Shown: positions 1-11,221, numbered from the stretch's first letter. The stretch is DNA of 36,366 bases from Octopus bimaculoides (GCF_001194135.2 NC_069002.1:26687337-26723702); one strand, 5' to 3'. Numbers and translations are program-made. The notes: generated from the letters alone by a model not told the origin.

Positions 1-59
<59 letters not shown>

Positions 60-61
60 GT

Positions 62-295
62 GTACATTTATGTGTGTCTTTGTGTCTGTGTTTGTCCCCC
101 TTACCACCATCTCTTGACAACTGATGGTGTATTTATGTCCCTGTAACTTAGCATTTCAGCAAAAGAGACCAATAGAATAAATACCAGGCTTACAAAGAAT
201 GAGTCCTGGAGTTGAATTCTTCGACTAAAAATCCCCTTAAGGCAGTGCTCCAGCATGGCCACAGTCTAATGACGGGAACAGGTAAAAGAAAAGGT
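62..295 (+). mobile_element. SINE family A, 3' half
   Basis: Carries the family A body (tgtttgtcccc...cttgacaac...gtaacttagc...aaaagagacc.atagaataa...ggcttacaaagaat.agtcctgg...gtgctccagcatggcc.cagtc...gtaaaaga) that recurs at 6480-6660, 11630-11840, 20400-20610 and 24870-25070. Confidence 0.85.
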
Positions 296-566
296 AAGAG
301 ACATATCAATATGTAACTAAGTAGATTTGAACAGAGAAAACTGTTGAATGGAACAAAAAGCTTGAATGGCATCGGTGGTTTTGGTCCTCCTTGGTTCAGG
401 TCTGCAACAGTTTCTCATTTTAAAGAGATAGCGTCTTATCACTTTTTTTTTTTGTGATATTTGCCAAAAGCTGGCCTAATCTATGTGTTGAAAAACTAAC
501 GACAATTTTTAAACGAGGCCATGCTATCGTTAAGAACTGATGAGATGAGTTTAGCGTATCATTAGT

Positions 567-703
567 AGCATGTGACCTAGTGGTTGATGTGTTTGGATTA
601 TGATTACAAAGTTGTGGGTTCAATTCCTGAACAAGACGGCACATTGTGTCCTTAAACAAGGTTATTGTTTCACATTGCTCCAGTATACTCAACTGTAAAT
701 GAC
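567..703 (+). mobile_element. Degenerate tRNA-head SINE of a separate family (CORE-like body)
   Basis: Pol III A-box-like tagtggttga and B-box-like ggttcaattcc, followed by ttgtgtccttaaacaagg...cacattgctccagt.tactcaactgtaaatg, which resembles CORE-type SINE bodies. Confidence 0.55.
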
Positions 704-723
704 TATCAGCTTAGTATTCATGC

Positions 724-778
<55 letters not shown>

Positions 779-817
779 ACTCACTCACTCTTTCACCCTC
801 CATTTTATGTACTGCAG

Positions 818-922
818 GGCCAAGGGTCGGATCATTAGGAAGGTACCTATGCTCACAACTTCATGGGGACTTAAAACAATAAGCACCAAATTGTGGTACA
901 AACTACTTGGTCATACTTGCAT
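818..922 (+). CDS. Candidate internal exon, product unknown (AKGRIIRKVPMLTTSWGLKTISTKLWYKLLGHTC)
   Basis: Acceptor tttatgtactgcag| at 817 and donor |gtgagt at 923. Length 105 nt, open in only one frame (phase 2-2). No recognisable homology. Confidence 0.15.
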
Positions 923-1047
923 GTGAGTGACAGCTACACTGGATATTTCTCGTTACTTTATCATTAATACATACGAAACAAATAATTAAGCAATGCCAAT
1001 ACCCATTCTCGTTAATCTGTGAAAAATTCCAATGTTATCCTTTATAG

Positions 1048-1083
1048 ATTACGACAATCAGGAGGCAGAGAACATTTGTGGAG
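1048..1083 (+). CDS. Candidate 36-nt micro-exon, product unknown
   Basis: Acceptor gttatcctttatag| and donor GAG|gtaaaa. Phase-compatible with 818-922. Confidence 0.15.
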
Positions 1084-1654
1084 GTAAAACTAAATCTGTT
1101 ATTAACTGTGGGATATGTTTATTAATATTTCATTTCCTAAATAATGACTTTGTCTAATGTCATTTAAACACTATAGCTCTATAGATATTGGTGTCTTTAT
1201 CAATATGTCTGTTTATGAGATGGAACTAAATCTATTTCAACTAATTCCAGAGTTTATTGTCTTAAATCTATATTCTGACTTTGTCCACCAGACTGATAAG
1301 TGTCTCCAATATTTCGCTAAAATTGCTAATTGTGCTGGCATTACGATTTTGGTCTTGTTTTATTTTTATTTATTTTATTTTTTGGCGGAGAGATAAATTT
1401 AGAATTGGTCCCTTAACGACATCAGAATTTCCTTCCAACTGGCATTTAAGGTAACAGTCAGTGCATCAATCATTAATACAACAGTGATTTCTCAATGTGA
1501 CCCCTATTTCGATACCTGGATGGAATCCCCTCTCTTTTACATTCATAGGAAAAGTGTGAACTTCAAAACTTCTCAGATCCCCCTATCCTTAAAACTACTC
1601 AGGGTCCATTTCTCTAGTAGAAACAATTTCTTCCTTCAATATATTAGCTCTGTA

Positions 1655-1863
1655 GGGCAGCGAGCTAGCAGAAGCATTAGCATGCTGGGTGAAATGTTTA
1701 GCGGTATTTCGTGTGTCTTTACATTCTGAGTTCAAATTACACCAAGGTCGACTTTGCCTTTCATCCTTCTGGGGTCAATAAATTAAGTACCAGTTGCATA
1801 CTGGGGTCAATGTAATCAACTGGGCCCCTCCCCCAAAATTTCGAGCCTTGAGTAGAAAAGAAA
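1655..1863 (+). mobile_element. SINE family B, full length, with a 14-bp TSD
   Basis: tRNA-like head (gggcagcgagctagcagaa...ctgagttcaaatt), conserved core gtcgactttgcctttcatcctt..ggggtc.ataaattaagtaccag. Flanked by the direct repeat atattagctctgta at 1641-1654 and 1864-1877. Confidence 0.9.
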
Positions 1864-1999
1864 ATATTAGCTCTGTATTACAGAGTGTACTGGATGCTTT
1901 TTACATTGCGCCAGCACAAGTACATTTTATGTGGCACCAGCACTTTCTATGTGGCATCATCAACAATGCTCTTTACATGACACCAGTACATGTATGTGT

Positions 2000-2400
2000 G
2001 TGTGTGTTACTCTCATTGCCTTGACTGCATATGATAGTGGTAAACAAATGTCACCATCATAGAAGCAGTGACCTTCATTACCAATATTCCATGGAAACAT
2101 GTCCGGCCATGGAGAAATGTTACCTGACCTGCAAACAGGTGATGGTTGGCAACAGGAAAGGCGTCCAGCTGTAGAGAATTTATGTCATCATATTCCATCA
2201 AACTTATGCAAGCGATGTTCTTCATTTCCAATCTTCCATGAAAACATGTCCAACCATGGGGAAATATTACCTTGCTTGGAAACAGGTGAAGGTTGGTGAC
2301 AGGGAGGGCATGCAGCTGTAAAAAAAATCTGCCTCAACAAGTACTGTCTGACCCATGCAGGCATGGAAAAGTGGACATTAAATTGTAATGATGATGGAAT
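2000..2400 (+). mobile_element. RTE-tail SINE body (family C type) with an internal tandem duplication of about 147 bp
   Basis: ccatg.aaacatgtcc..ccatgg.gaaat.ttacct..c.tg.aaacaggtga.ggttgg..acagg..ggc.t.cagctgta occurs at about 2089 and about 2236. Ends in catggaaaagtggacattaaattgtaatgatgatg. Confidence 0.75.
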
Positions 2401-2697
2401 AAAACTTATTTTTGTCTTTGCCTCAATCGTACAGAAACACATATAGGGATACACACACTCGCAAAATCACACACATACAGACACACACAAGCACATACAT
2501 AAACATGCGCATGCACACACACACACACACACACACAAAAGTCTGATTGATATGATATCTTTATGTTATATAATATATTTGTCTTCATGACACACGCATA
2601 CACAAAAAAACAGCCCCACACACACACATACACAAAGATATATGCAGATACACCCCCACCCCCTGCCATCTGATTGGACTGAAGAATTTATGCTCTG

Positions 2698-2740
<43 letters not shown>

Positions 2741-2790
2741 TACATACATATATATATATATATATATTATATATACACACACATATATAT

Positions 2791-3199
2791 ATCATCATCA
2801 TCATCATCGTTTAACGTCCGCTTTCCATGCTAGCATGGGTTGGACGATTTGACTGAGGACTGGTGAAACCGGATGGCAACACCAGGCTCCAGTCTGATTT
2901 GGCAGAGTTTCTACAGCTGGATGCCCTTCCTAACGCCAACCACTCAGAGAGTGTAGTGGGTGCTTTTACGTGTCACCCGCACGAAAACGGCCACGCTCGA
3001 AATGGTGTCTTTTATGTGCCACCCGCACAAGCCAGTCCAGGGGCACTGGCAACGATCTCGCTCGAAAATCCTACAGGAGCCAGTCAGGCGGTACTGGCAA
3101 CGGCCACGCTCAAAATGGTGCATCTCATGTGCCACCCGCACAAGAACCAGTCCAGGGGCACTGGCAACGATCTTACTTGGCTTGCCGGGTCTTCTCACG

Positions 3200-3205
<6 letters not shown>
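2791..3205 (-). mobile_element. RTE-tail SINE/retroposon (family C) with an internal GC-rich direct repeat of about 112 bp, CpG-retaining
   Basis: Reverse complement of the ...ccaacccatgctagcatggaaagcggacgttaaacgatgatgatg tail at 2791-2945 (plus-strand copy at 6025-6165). aacggccacgctc.aaatggtg...atgtgccacccgcacaag.accagtccaggggcactggcaacgatct is repeated at about 2986 and about 3098. Confidence 0.85.
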
Positions 3206-3256
<51 letters not shown>

Positions 3257-3374
3257 ATCTGTTGTCTTCAACTCAGTGAGACCTTCCCACATGTACACAC
3301 ACATGCACACAAACCTCTCACCATCTGATTGCTATGGTGGCTTTGCATTATGTATAGTATATCTTGTTTCAAAT

Positions 3375-3680
3375 GGTTGGCACAAACACACACTGAACAC
3401 ACACACACACACACACACATACAGACAAATACACACACACATACACAAACTCGTACTCTACACACCACACACCACACACATGCAAACACATACACAAGCA
3501 CACACAAACATACACATTCTCATAAACACAAACACACACATGCACAAATGCACACACACTACACACATGCAAGCACACACACCACACACATACACACAAA
3601 CACATAAACACACACACAAACGCACACAGACTCATAAACACACACATGCACACACACACACACACCACAACACCCACCCC
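3375..3680. repeat. Degenerate (CA)n-rich tract
   Basis: Seen directly; produces the spurious His/Thr and Cys/Val ORFs. Confidence 0.95.
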
Positions 3681-3981
3681 AGTGCCATTGGATTTCAACG
3701 GTGGACTTATTACTTTGTAACATAGACATATCACTAGTTTCACTTTGATAGGAATCAACATGCTAAAGTGTATGAAACTCGATATTGTTGTTGTCATGGT
3801 TGTGGTCATCCTGGTGGTCAGCACAAGTCAGCAAGTGGAGAAACGGTCTGCAAAGGAATCTCAACTTCTTTGTCTGATGCAAAAAAAAACAACAACAGAC
3901 AAACAAACAAACATTCTTCTCATCAAATTTGACTGGAACTGCTTCTGCTTCTGCCCCCCCCCCCTCTCTCTCTCTCTACAG

Positions 3982-4450
3982 TTTCCTAAACACAAAGGAA
4001 CACTCATCAATATTTTTGCATATTTACCAACAGCTTCAAGAAAATCATTTCCATATTACAGCATGGAACTCGCCGTCAGTTCCCGTGCCACAATCTCCAG
4101 CAACCTCCTCCTCCTCCTCCTCCTCATCATCATCATCATCACCACCACCACCACCACCGCCGCCATCATCATCACCATCACCACTGCCAGCATCATCACC
4201 ATCATCACCTTCATCATCAGCAGCACTGTCACCATCATCTTTTCCCCCACCCCCTCCTCCCCTCTTCTTCCTCCTTTGTATCCTCTTCTTTCCCTTCCTA
4301 TTTGCCTTCTCCCTCTCCTCTTCCCCCTTCCCATCTTCTCGTTTTTCTTCCTTTTCTTTTTCTCCTCCCCTTCTTCTTCTTCCTTTTGTTTCTTTGCAAC
4401 AAACCATGACAAACTACAAAGAACTCCAAACAATGTTCTTTGCATCTTAA
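3982..4450 (+). CDS. Candidate terminal exon (FLNTKEHSSIFLHIYQQLQENHFHITAWNSP, then a Ser/Pro low-complexity run), product unknown
   Basis: Pyrimidine tract plus ctctacag| acceptor at 3981. About 100 nt of non-repetitive open frame runs into (CCT/CAT/CAC)n, with the stop at 4450. No recognised homolog. Confidence 0.2.
4103..4385. repeat. (CCT)n/(CAT)n/(CAC)n compound trinucleotide tract and pyrimidine-rich low complexity
   Basis: Seen directly. Confidence 0.95.
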
Positions 4451-4872
4451 GAAGTTGCTGTGTACAAGCAAACACACACACACCACACACACACACACAC
4501 ACACACTGCACACATGCACATACACACACACATGGCTTATAAGCAGAGCTGAGCCACCAAGACAGTATTTATAGATGTAGTTTAGCTTAACTCCTTCAAT
4601 CTCTTCACTTATGTGTTTAACGACTTTGCTATAACATGCAAGCCACAAAAAAACACACCCCCTAAACACCACCACATCACCTAAAACTTTTAGCTTCTCT
4701 ATCTATCTCTCACTCGGTTTCACTCTCTCTCTCTCTCGCTCTCTCTCTGTACATATCTGTGTGTGTGTGTGTGTGTGTGTATACATATATACTTATATAT
4801 ACACACACACATACATACATACATAAACTTACTTGGAAATGGATGTGTGGCGTTCAATTAAATAATAATAAT

Positions 4873-4911
<39 letters not shown>

Positions 4912-5291
4912 NNNNNNNNNNNNNNNNNNNNNNNNNNNNNNNNNNNNNNNNNNNNNNNNNNNNNNNNNNNNNNNNNNNNNNNNNNNNNNNNNNNNNNNNN
5001 NNNNNNNNNNNNNNNNNNNNNNNNNNNNNNNNNNNNNNNNNNNNNNNNNNNNNNNNNNNNNNNNNNNNNNNNNNNNNNNNNNNNNNNNNNNNNNNNNNNN
5101 NNNNNNNNNNNNNNNNNNNNNNNNNNNNNNNNNNNNNNNNNNNNNNNNNNNNNNNNNNNNNNNNNNNNNNNNNNNNNNNNNNNNNNNNNNNNNNNNNNNN
5201 NNNNNNNNNNNNNNNNNNNNNNNNNNNNNNNNNNNNNNNNNNNNNNNNNNNNNNNNNNNNNNNNNNNNNNNNNNNNNNNNNNNNNNNNNNN
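4912..5291. other. Assembly gap (N) flanked by (AT)n
   Basis: N-run. Other gaps lie at 6705-6742, 7500-7873, 8530-8539, 9553-9562, 10680-10689, 12705-13055, 17565-18251, 24178-24571, 31663-32016 and 35010-35188. Confidence 1.
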
Positions 5292-5338
<47 letters not shown>

Positions 5339-6024
5339 TAGATGTATATATATACATATATAAATATGCATACATATATATATTTTTTATTTATATTATA
5401 TATACATATAAATATCCATACATACCTATATATGTAAATACATACATATATATATATATATATATATTTCTACCATTCTATAAAATTCGACCCTTGACCG
5501 TCTTCTTACATTGCACTTCCACTAAATATATCTACTTCCATGTCTTTAAGCCTTATTCTAATACACCCATCGCTCTATATCTCTCCACTATTCAGTTTCT
5601 GCTAATTTCTTTCTTTCACCTCCTTCTCTTTCTATAAACTACCTTTGACGTTATATCTACTAATGGTTTTTTAAAAAAAAAACCTTGCTAATGCTCCCTT
5701 TATCATAAATGCAGTCATCACATTCTGTTAAAAATGTCTTATTGATGGCTTTGGCTTCTCTCTTTCCCTGATGAAAAGATTGCATTGTTTTACACCTTTT
5801 TTATTCCTTCTGGAATAATACCAATGTTGTCTTTGCAACATACGTCGGAGGTAAAAGAATTTGAAAAACACCTGTGTTTCACTCCATTTATTATATATAT
5901 ATATATATATATACATTTGGAGGGCTTCTAATTTATTATGGGCTTCTAAATATTATTGCTCTAATATTTTAGAGTATGCTTCTTTTCATATATATATGAA
6001 CTACTAACCAATATATATATATGT

Positions 6025-6165
6025 TAGGAAGGGCATCCAGCTGTAGAAACTCTGCCAAATTAGATTAGAGCCTGGTGTAGCCATCCGGTTGCACCAGTCC
6101 TCAGTCAAATCATCCAACCCATGCTAGCATGGAAAGCGGACGTTAAACGATGATGATGATGATTA
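6025..6165 (+). mobile_element. RTE-tail SINE 3' end (family C) with (GAT)n tail
   Basis: ggaagggcatccagctgtagaaactctgcc...catccaacccatgctagcatggaaagcggacgttaaacgatgatgatgatg; near-identical to the reverse complement of 2791-2945. Confidence 0.9.
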
Positions 6166-6251
6166 TAAAGGTTTTTTTCATACTGAACTACTTGGCAAAA
6201 TTGTTAATTATTAATTTTATTACTAATTGACGATTCCCTGCCCTATATCTG

Positions 6252-6286
<35 letters not shown>

Positions 6287-6287
<1 letters not shown>

Positions 6288-6663
6288 CAGGAGTGGCTGT
6301 GTGGTAAATAGCTTGCTTGGCAGCCACATGTTTCTGGGTTCAGTCCCACTGCGTGACACCTTGGTCGAGTGCCTTCTGCTATAGCTTCGGGCCAACCAAA
6401 GCCTTGTGAGTAGATTTGGTAGGCAGAAACTGAAAGAAGCCAGTCGTGTATATATATATATGCATGTATATGTTTGTGTGTCTGTGTTTGTCCCCAAATA
6501 TCACTTGACAACTGATGCCGGTGTGTTTATGTTCCTGCAACTTAGTGGTTTGGCAAAAGTGTTAGGCTTACAAAGAATAAGTCCTGGGGGTCAATTTGCT
6601 CGACTAAAGGCAGTGCTGCAGCATGGCCGCAGTCAAATGACTGAAACAAATAAAAGAATAAAA

Positions 6664-6664
<1 letters not shown>
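6287..6664 (+). mobile_element. SINE family A, full length
   Basis: tRNA-like head gcaggagtggctgtgtggtaa...gggttcagtcccactgcg, internal (AT)/(GT) microsatellite, and 3' end gactgaaacaaataaaagaataaaag. Confidence 0.9.
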
Positions 6665-6704
<40 letters not shown>

Positions 6705-6869
6705 NNNNNNNNNNNNNNNNNNNNNNNNNNNNNNNNNNNNNNGTTGTAAAAATAGAAGAGGACACGACATTTCGAGCATGGCTCTTTGTTGGATAGAAGA
6801 AAAAGTCCAGAAAAGATGAAAAGGAAGAGGAAGCAGATAGTCCAGGGAAAATCACAAGTGTCATAACAT

Positions 6870-7250
6870 GGTGTAGGGAGGGGTGCCATTGCAGCATTTT
6901 GCTGCGTTTACTATTTTTTAGTATATTCCCAGGGTGACCCATCAAGGGGGATCCCCGTCACCCCCCTCCATCTACATGAGATACCCCCTTCATCTGCCGT
7001 GACCATGTGGCATATGCTTGACCAACACAAGCTGTCAACCCAGCCAGATCCTCAGTAAAGCGAACATTGACAAAAGAGTCTAAATTGGAGAATTGAACTT
7101 CATGGCCAAACAGTCTGAGTTGTCAATGCTGAATCATACACGTAACAGGGTGTGTCTCAGTTTCTGAGTAGAATCATTGGTTGGATACAAAATCTGAATA
7201 GTAGTAATCCTGCAAAGTGTCCTGGGACCAAACAAGTTCAGGCTCCAAAA
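6870..7250 (-). mobile_element. RTE-clade LINE, decayed ORF2 C-terminus (3' fragment)
   Basis: One minus-strand frame reads QDYYYSDFVSNQ*FYSETETHPVTCMIQH*QLRLFGHEVQFSNLDSFVNVRFTEDLAGLTACVGQAYATWSRQM, and later VNAAKCCNG after a frame shift. This matches the RTE ORF2 end pattern (GYRWxDFVSN..LLRET...TC..RxRQLRLxGH.ARF...DP...W...M...VDAATRC). In-frame stops are present. Confidence 0.75.
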
Positions 7251-7462
7251 TAATATTACATACACACACACACACACACACACACATAGATGATATACAT
7301 ACACTAAAAATAGTTGAAGCCACAACTTTAATATTCTTCAGGATAAAATTTTGGTCTCGTATCACCAAACTTTTCATAAATTCTGAAAGAATCTAACATT
7401 TGATGTATTTAAAAATTAACCCTCTCTCACACAGCCTGTCTATCTATCTATCTATCTATCTA

Positions 7463-7499
<37 letters not shown>

Positions 7500-7873
7500 N
7501 NNNNNNNNNNNNNNNNNNNNNNNNNNNNNNNNNNNNNNNNNNNNNNNNNNNNNNNNNNNNNNNNNNNNNNNNNNNNNNNNNNNNNNNNNNNNNNNNNNNN
7601 NNNNNNNNNNNNNNNNNNNNNNNNNNNNNNNNNNNNNNNNNNNNNNNNNNNNNNNNNNNNNNNNNNNNNNNNNNNNNNNNNNNNNNNNNNNNNNNNNNNN
7701 NNNNNNNNNNNNNNNNNNNNNNNNNNNNNNNNNNNNNNNNNNNNNNNNNNNNNNNNNNNNNNNNNNNNNNNNNNNNNNNNNNNNNNNNNNNNNNNNNNNN
7801 NNNNNNNNNNNNNNNNNNNNNNNNNNNNNNNNNNNNNNNNNNNNNNNNNNNNNNNNNNNNNNNNNNNNNNNNN

Positions 7874-7932
<59 letters not shown>

Positions 7933-8014
7933 ACTATTCGATAAATTTTCATGAGTCAGAATGTTAGACTGATTATATTATTTGCATAATATTACAAATA
8001 TAGTCTCATAACAG

Positions 8015-8087
8015 CCAATTTAAGTTACCGAATGGTTTCAAGTTGAAGAACCTTCTAATTGAAGAGAGATTAATTAACAGTCTTCAG
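8015..8087 (+). CDS. Candidate internal exon (QFKLPNGFKLKNLLIEERLINSLQ), product unknown
   Basis: Acceptor ctcataacag| and donor CAG|gtacaa; open in only one frame. No recognised homolog. Confidence 0.15.
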
Positions 8088-8440
8088 GTACAACTGAATG
8101 GAAAACTAAAACTGGGCTTCTTTATTATATTTTACAATGTGATTCAGAGACACAACTGTTTGATAGTTTTTCGATGATGCGAGTGGCATTGTTTTTAAGG
8201 TATCAGTTTTCTTCCTACCAATGCTAATCAGCTTGGTATGTCTATCAGTCTATTCAGAGTGCTTGCTGGTAAAGGTCAATGAGATAACTCCAGTAAAGGT
8301 TGAACTCTTGGGCCCCAGTATCCAACAATCAAGTTTATTCTTGGTGTTTTCTTTCTTGAAGCTTTTCAATAACAGGTTCTGTGTGTGTAGAAATATATTT
8401 ATATTTGCATGTATACATGTATGTATATGTGTGTGTATGT

Positions 8441-8476
<36 letters not shown>

Positions 8477-8849
8477 CATAGAAATGTTGACATAGGAATA
8501 AATTACAATAATAATGGATATTAGCATCANNNNNNNNNNTATATATTTATGTATGTGTGTATAAATACATGTGTTTGTGTGTGTGTATGTAATGCATGTA
8601 TGTATGTATGTATATTTATATACATGTATTTGTGTGTGTGTGTGTGTGTGTATTTTTATACACAAACACACATTGATGCAGTAGTGTGTATACATACATT
8701 GCGTGTGTGTGTGTATGTATGTATGTGTGCATATGCATGTATGTAAAGTGTGTGTGTGTTTGCGTGTGTACGCGTGTCCTTATTTACTCTTTAATCTACA
8801 TAGAATCCATAATCTGCCACTGTACAAATCTCAATCATCCTTTTTTTAT

Positions 8850-9160
8850 TATCCCTGACCTTTCTGAGATCATCCTTGGTTCAACGATAGAAAGTTCCTG
8901 TTTCAAAGTGATCCAAATGAATTCCTACCATCAAGATTCCATGTTAATTTGTTCCAAACATGCGTTCAATAATGACAAAGTTGGTTTACTAAATGTTTCT
9001 GTATTAACAAAATTAATTGGATCAAAGATAGTTTTAACAGAAATATGGTTGCAATAGGACTAAAGTGATCTAAATTAAAACCTTCCATCAAAATTCCATT
9101 TTTTTATTTATGTTCCAAACACCAGCTTAATAACGACAAAGTTACTTTGCTAAATTTTTA
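8850..9160 (+). mobile_element. Two tandem degenerate units of an approximately 225-bp TTAA-ended MITE-like repeat
   Basis: aaagtgat...ccatcaa.attccat...tttatgttccaaac...ttaataa.gacaaagtt occurs twice and matches 10020-10182 and 14053-14490. Confidence 0.7.
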
Positions 9161-9552
9161 CTCTTTTACCCTTTTACTTGTTTCAGTCATTTGACTGCGG
9201 CCATGCTGGAGCACCGCCTTTAGTCGAGCAAATCGACTCCAGGACTTATTCTTTGTAAGCCTTGTACTTATTTTATCGGTCTCTTTTGCCGAACCGCTAA
9301 GTTACGGGGACATAAACACACCAGCATCAGTTGTCAAGTGATGTTGGGTGGACAAACACAAACACATACACACACACACACACACACATATATACATATA
9401 TACGGCGGGCTTCTTTCAGTTTCCGTCTACCAAATCCACTCCCAAGGCTTTGGTCAGCCTGAGGCTATAGTAGAAGACACTTGCCCAAGGTGCCACGCTG
9501 TGGGACTGAACCCGGAACCATGTGGTTGGTAAGCAAGCTACTTACCACACAG
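9160..9552 (-). mobile_element. SINE family A (young, CpG-retaining)
   Basis: Reverse complement of the family A consensus; identical to 9563-9941 over 9174-9552. Confidence 0.9.
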
Positions 9553-9562
9553 NNNNNNNNNN

Positions 9563-9955
9563 TTACTTGTTTCAGTCATTTGACTGCGGCCATGCTGGAG
9601 CACCGCCTTTAGTCGAGCAAATCGACTCCAGGACTTATTCTTTGTAAGCCTTGTACTTATTTTATCGGTCTCTTTTGCCGAACCGCTAAGTTACGGGGAC
9701 ATAAACACACCAGCATCAGTTGTCAAGTGATGTTGGGTGGACAAACACAAACACATACACACACACACACACACACATATATACATATATACGGCGGGCT
9801 TCTTTCAGTTTCCGTCTACCAAATCCACTCCCAAGGCTTTGGTCAGCCTGAGGCTATAGTAGAAGACACTTGCCCAAGGTGCCACGCTGTGGGACTGAAC
9901 CCGGAACCATGTGGTTGGTAAGCAAGCTACTTACCACACAGCCACTCCTACGCCT
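9563..9955 (-). mobile_element. SINE family A, identical second copy (probably the same locus assembled twice)
   Basis: Exact repeat of 9174-9552 at an offset of 389, separated by a 10-N gap. Confidence 0.8.
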
Positions 9956-10019
9956 ATATTCTTCATCATTTTCATTTCGCAATTTATTGAAATGAATGCA
10001 TGTATGTCAGCAGGGTGAA

Positions 10020-10182
10020 AATGATCTGAATGAAAACCTTCCATCAAAATTCCATAATAACTTATGTTCCAAAAACAAGTTTTCATAATGGTAAAATATT
10101 TTTTCTAAGTTCTTCTTTATTATCAAAATTAATCGGAACAAAGAAAGTGTATTTCATCAAAATTATGGAAACAGATGGGTTA
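10020..10182 (+). mobile_element. 3' part of the TTAA-ended MITE-like repeat
   Basis: aaaaccttccatcaaaattccat...ttatgttccaaa...aaaattaat...aaattatggaaacagatgggttaa, ending in GGG-TTAA. Confidence 0.7.
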
Positions 10183-10471
10183 AACCATTCAATTCTGTAT
10201 AGAAATTTTTCACAAAACACATAGCTATTGAAATCAATCAGTTTCCTGTTATGAAATACATAATATATTGCAGATAAATTCTTGATTATGACATTCTTTT
10301 AAATCTGACAGAATATAAAATAGCATCAGGTGCTTTTGGTAACTGGCACAGGTGACTAGTGTGTTCCGTTGGAATTATTTTACGCTACTGGTGTTATACT
10401 GCACCAATCAAAGTCAGTGGAAGACTTTTGCGTATTGCAAGTTTGGCTTAATGCCTTCATACATACATACA

Positions 10472-10541
<70 letters not shown>

Positions 10542-10645
10542 CACACACATGCATATATATATATAGATAGATGTGTGTATGTGCATGAGTGTGTTTTATA
10601 TATGTACATATATATGTGTATATGTATACATTCATATATGTATGA

Positions 10646-10679
<34 letters not shown>

Positions 10680-10739
10680 NNNNNNNNNNGATTTTTACTT
10701 ATAAATTGATTATTAAGTGGACTCATACATGCATGTATG

Positions 10740-10772
<33 letters not shown>

Positions 10773-10984
10773 ACATATATGCTTATATAAATAGATATAT
10801 ATTTTTATATATGCAGAGAGAGAGACAGAGAGAGGGAGGGAGCAACCTAGGAATCATATTTAAAACAGATACATAACAAATTCACACACACACTCACACA
10901 CGCATGTAAACAAATTTGCTATGGTTATAAAATAGTTATATGATATGCATTGCCTCCAAACCAATCAATAGTTATCCTTCTCCT

Positions 10985-11042
10985 TTTCATCACAATCATC
11001 ATCATCATCACCACCATCATCACCATCATCATCATCCTCACT
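10985..11042. repeat. (CAT/CAC)n trinucleotide tract
   Basis: Seen directly. Confidence 0.95.
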
Positions 11043-11221
11043 GTTGTCATTTTTATGTCAGTGTTATCAGTCATGGCATTCCCAAAGCACTTAACCCTCA
11101 ACACCTCTGTCCATCTCTACTGGAATAGGCACCATGGAGTGGTAAACGACACTGCAGTGGCTATAGCTGTGGTTGATGGCTTTTTTGTGGTGGTCACCGG
11201 GTGATGGTCAGTAGTTATTTA

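Noticed and set aside
3745-3900. Signal-peptide-like MKLDIVVVMVVVILVVSTSQQVEKRS (prohormone-like with a KR site)
   Set aside because: The hydrophobic stretch comes from a degenerate GTT/GTC/GTG trinucleotide run. The frame continues into poly-A and microsatellite-derived sequence, and no mature peptide motif is recognisable.
4045-4529. Acidic/Gly-rich and Lys/Arg-rich minus-strand ORFs
   Set aside because: Translations of the (CCT/CAT/CAC)n and pyrimidine tracts.
4823-4860. Strong minus-strand donor (CAA|gtaagt) near 4830
   Set aside because: No acceptor before the upstream microsatellite and gap, so an exon cannot be delimited.
5480-5870. Purine-rich minus-strand segment vaguely resembling a LINE ORF2 end
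   Set aside because: No ordered motifs could be aligned with confidence.
6287-6360. tRNA-like A and B boxes (also at 1655, 11444, 18405, 28815 and others)
   Set aside because: These are SINE heads that continue into repeat bodies; no complete cloverleaf, so no tRNA gene is called.
10312-10352. EYKIASGAFG, resembling a kinase glycine-rich loop after an acceptor-like site
   Set aside because: Only 9-14 residues, GxGxxG is not complete, and no other kinase motifs (VAIK, HRD, DFG) were found in candidate exons.
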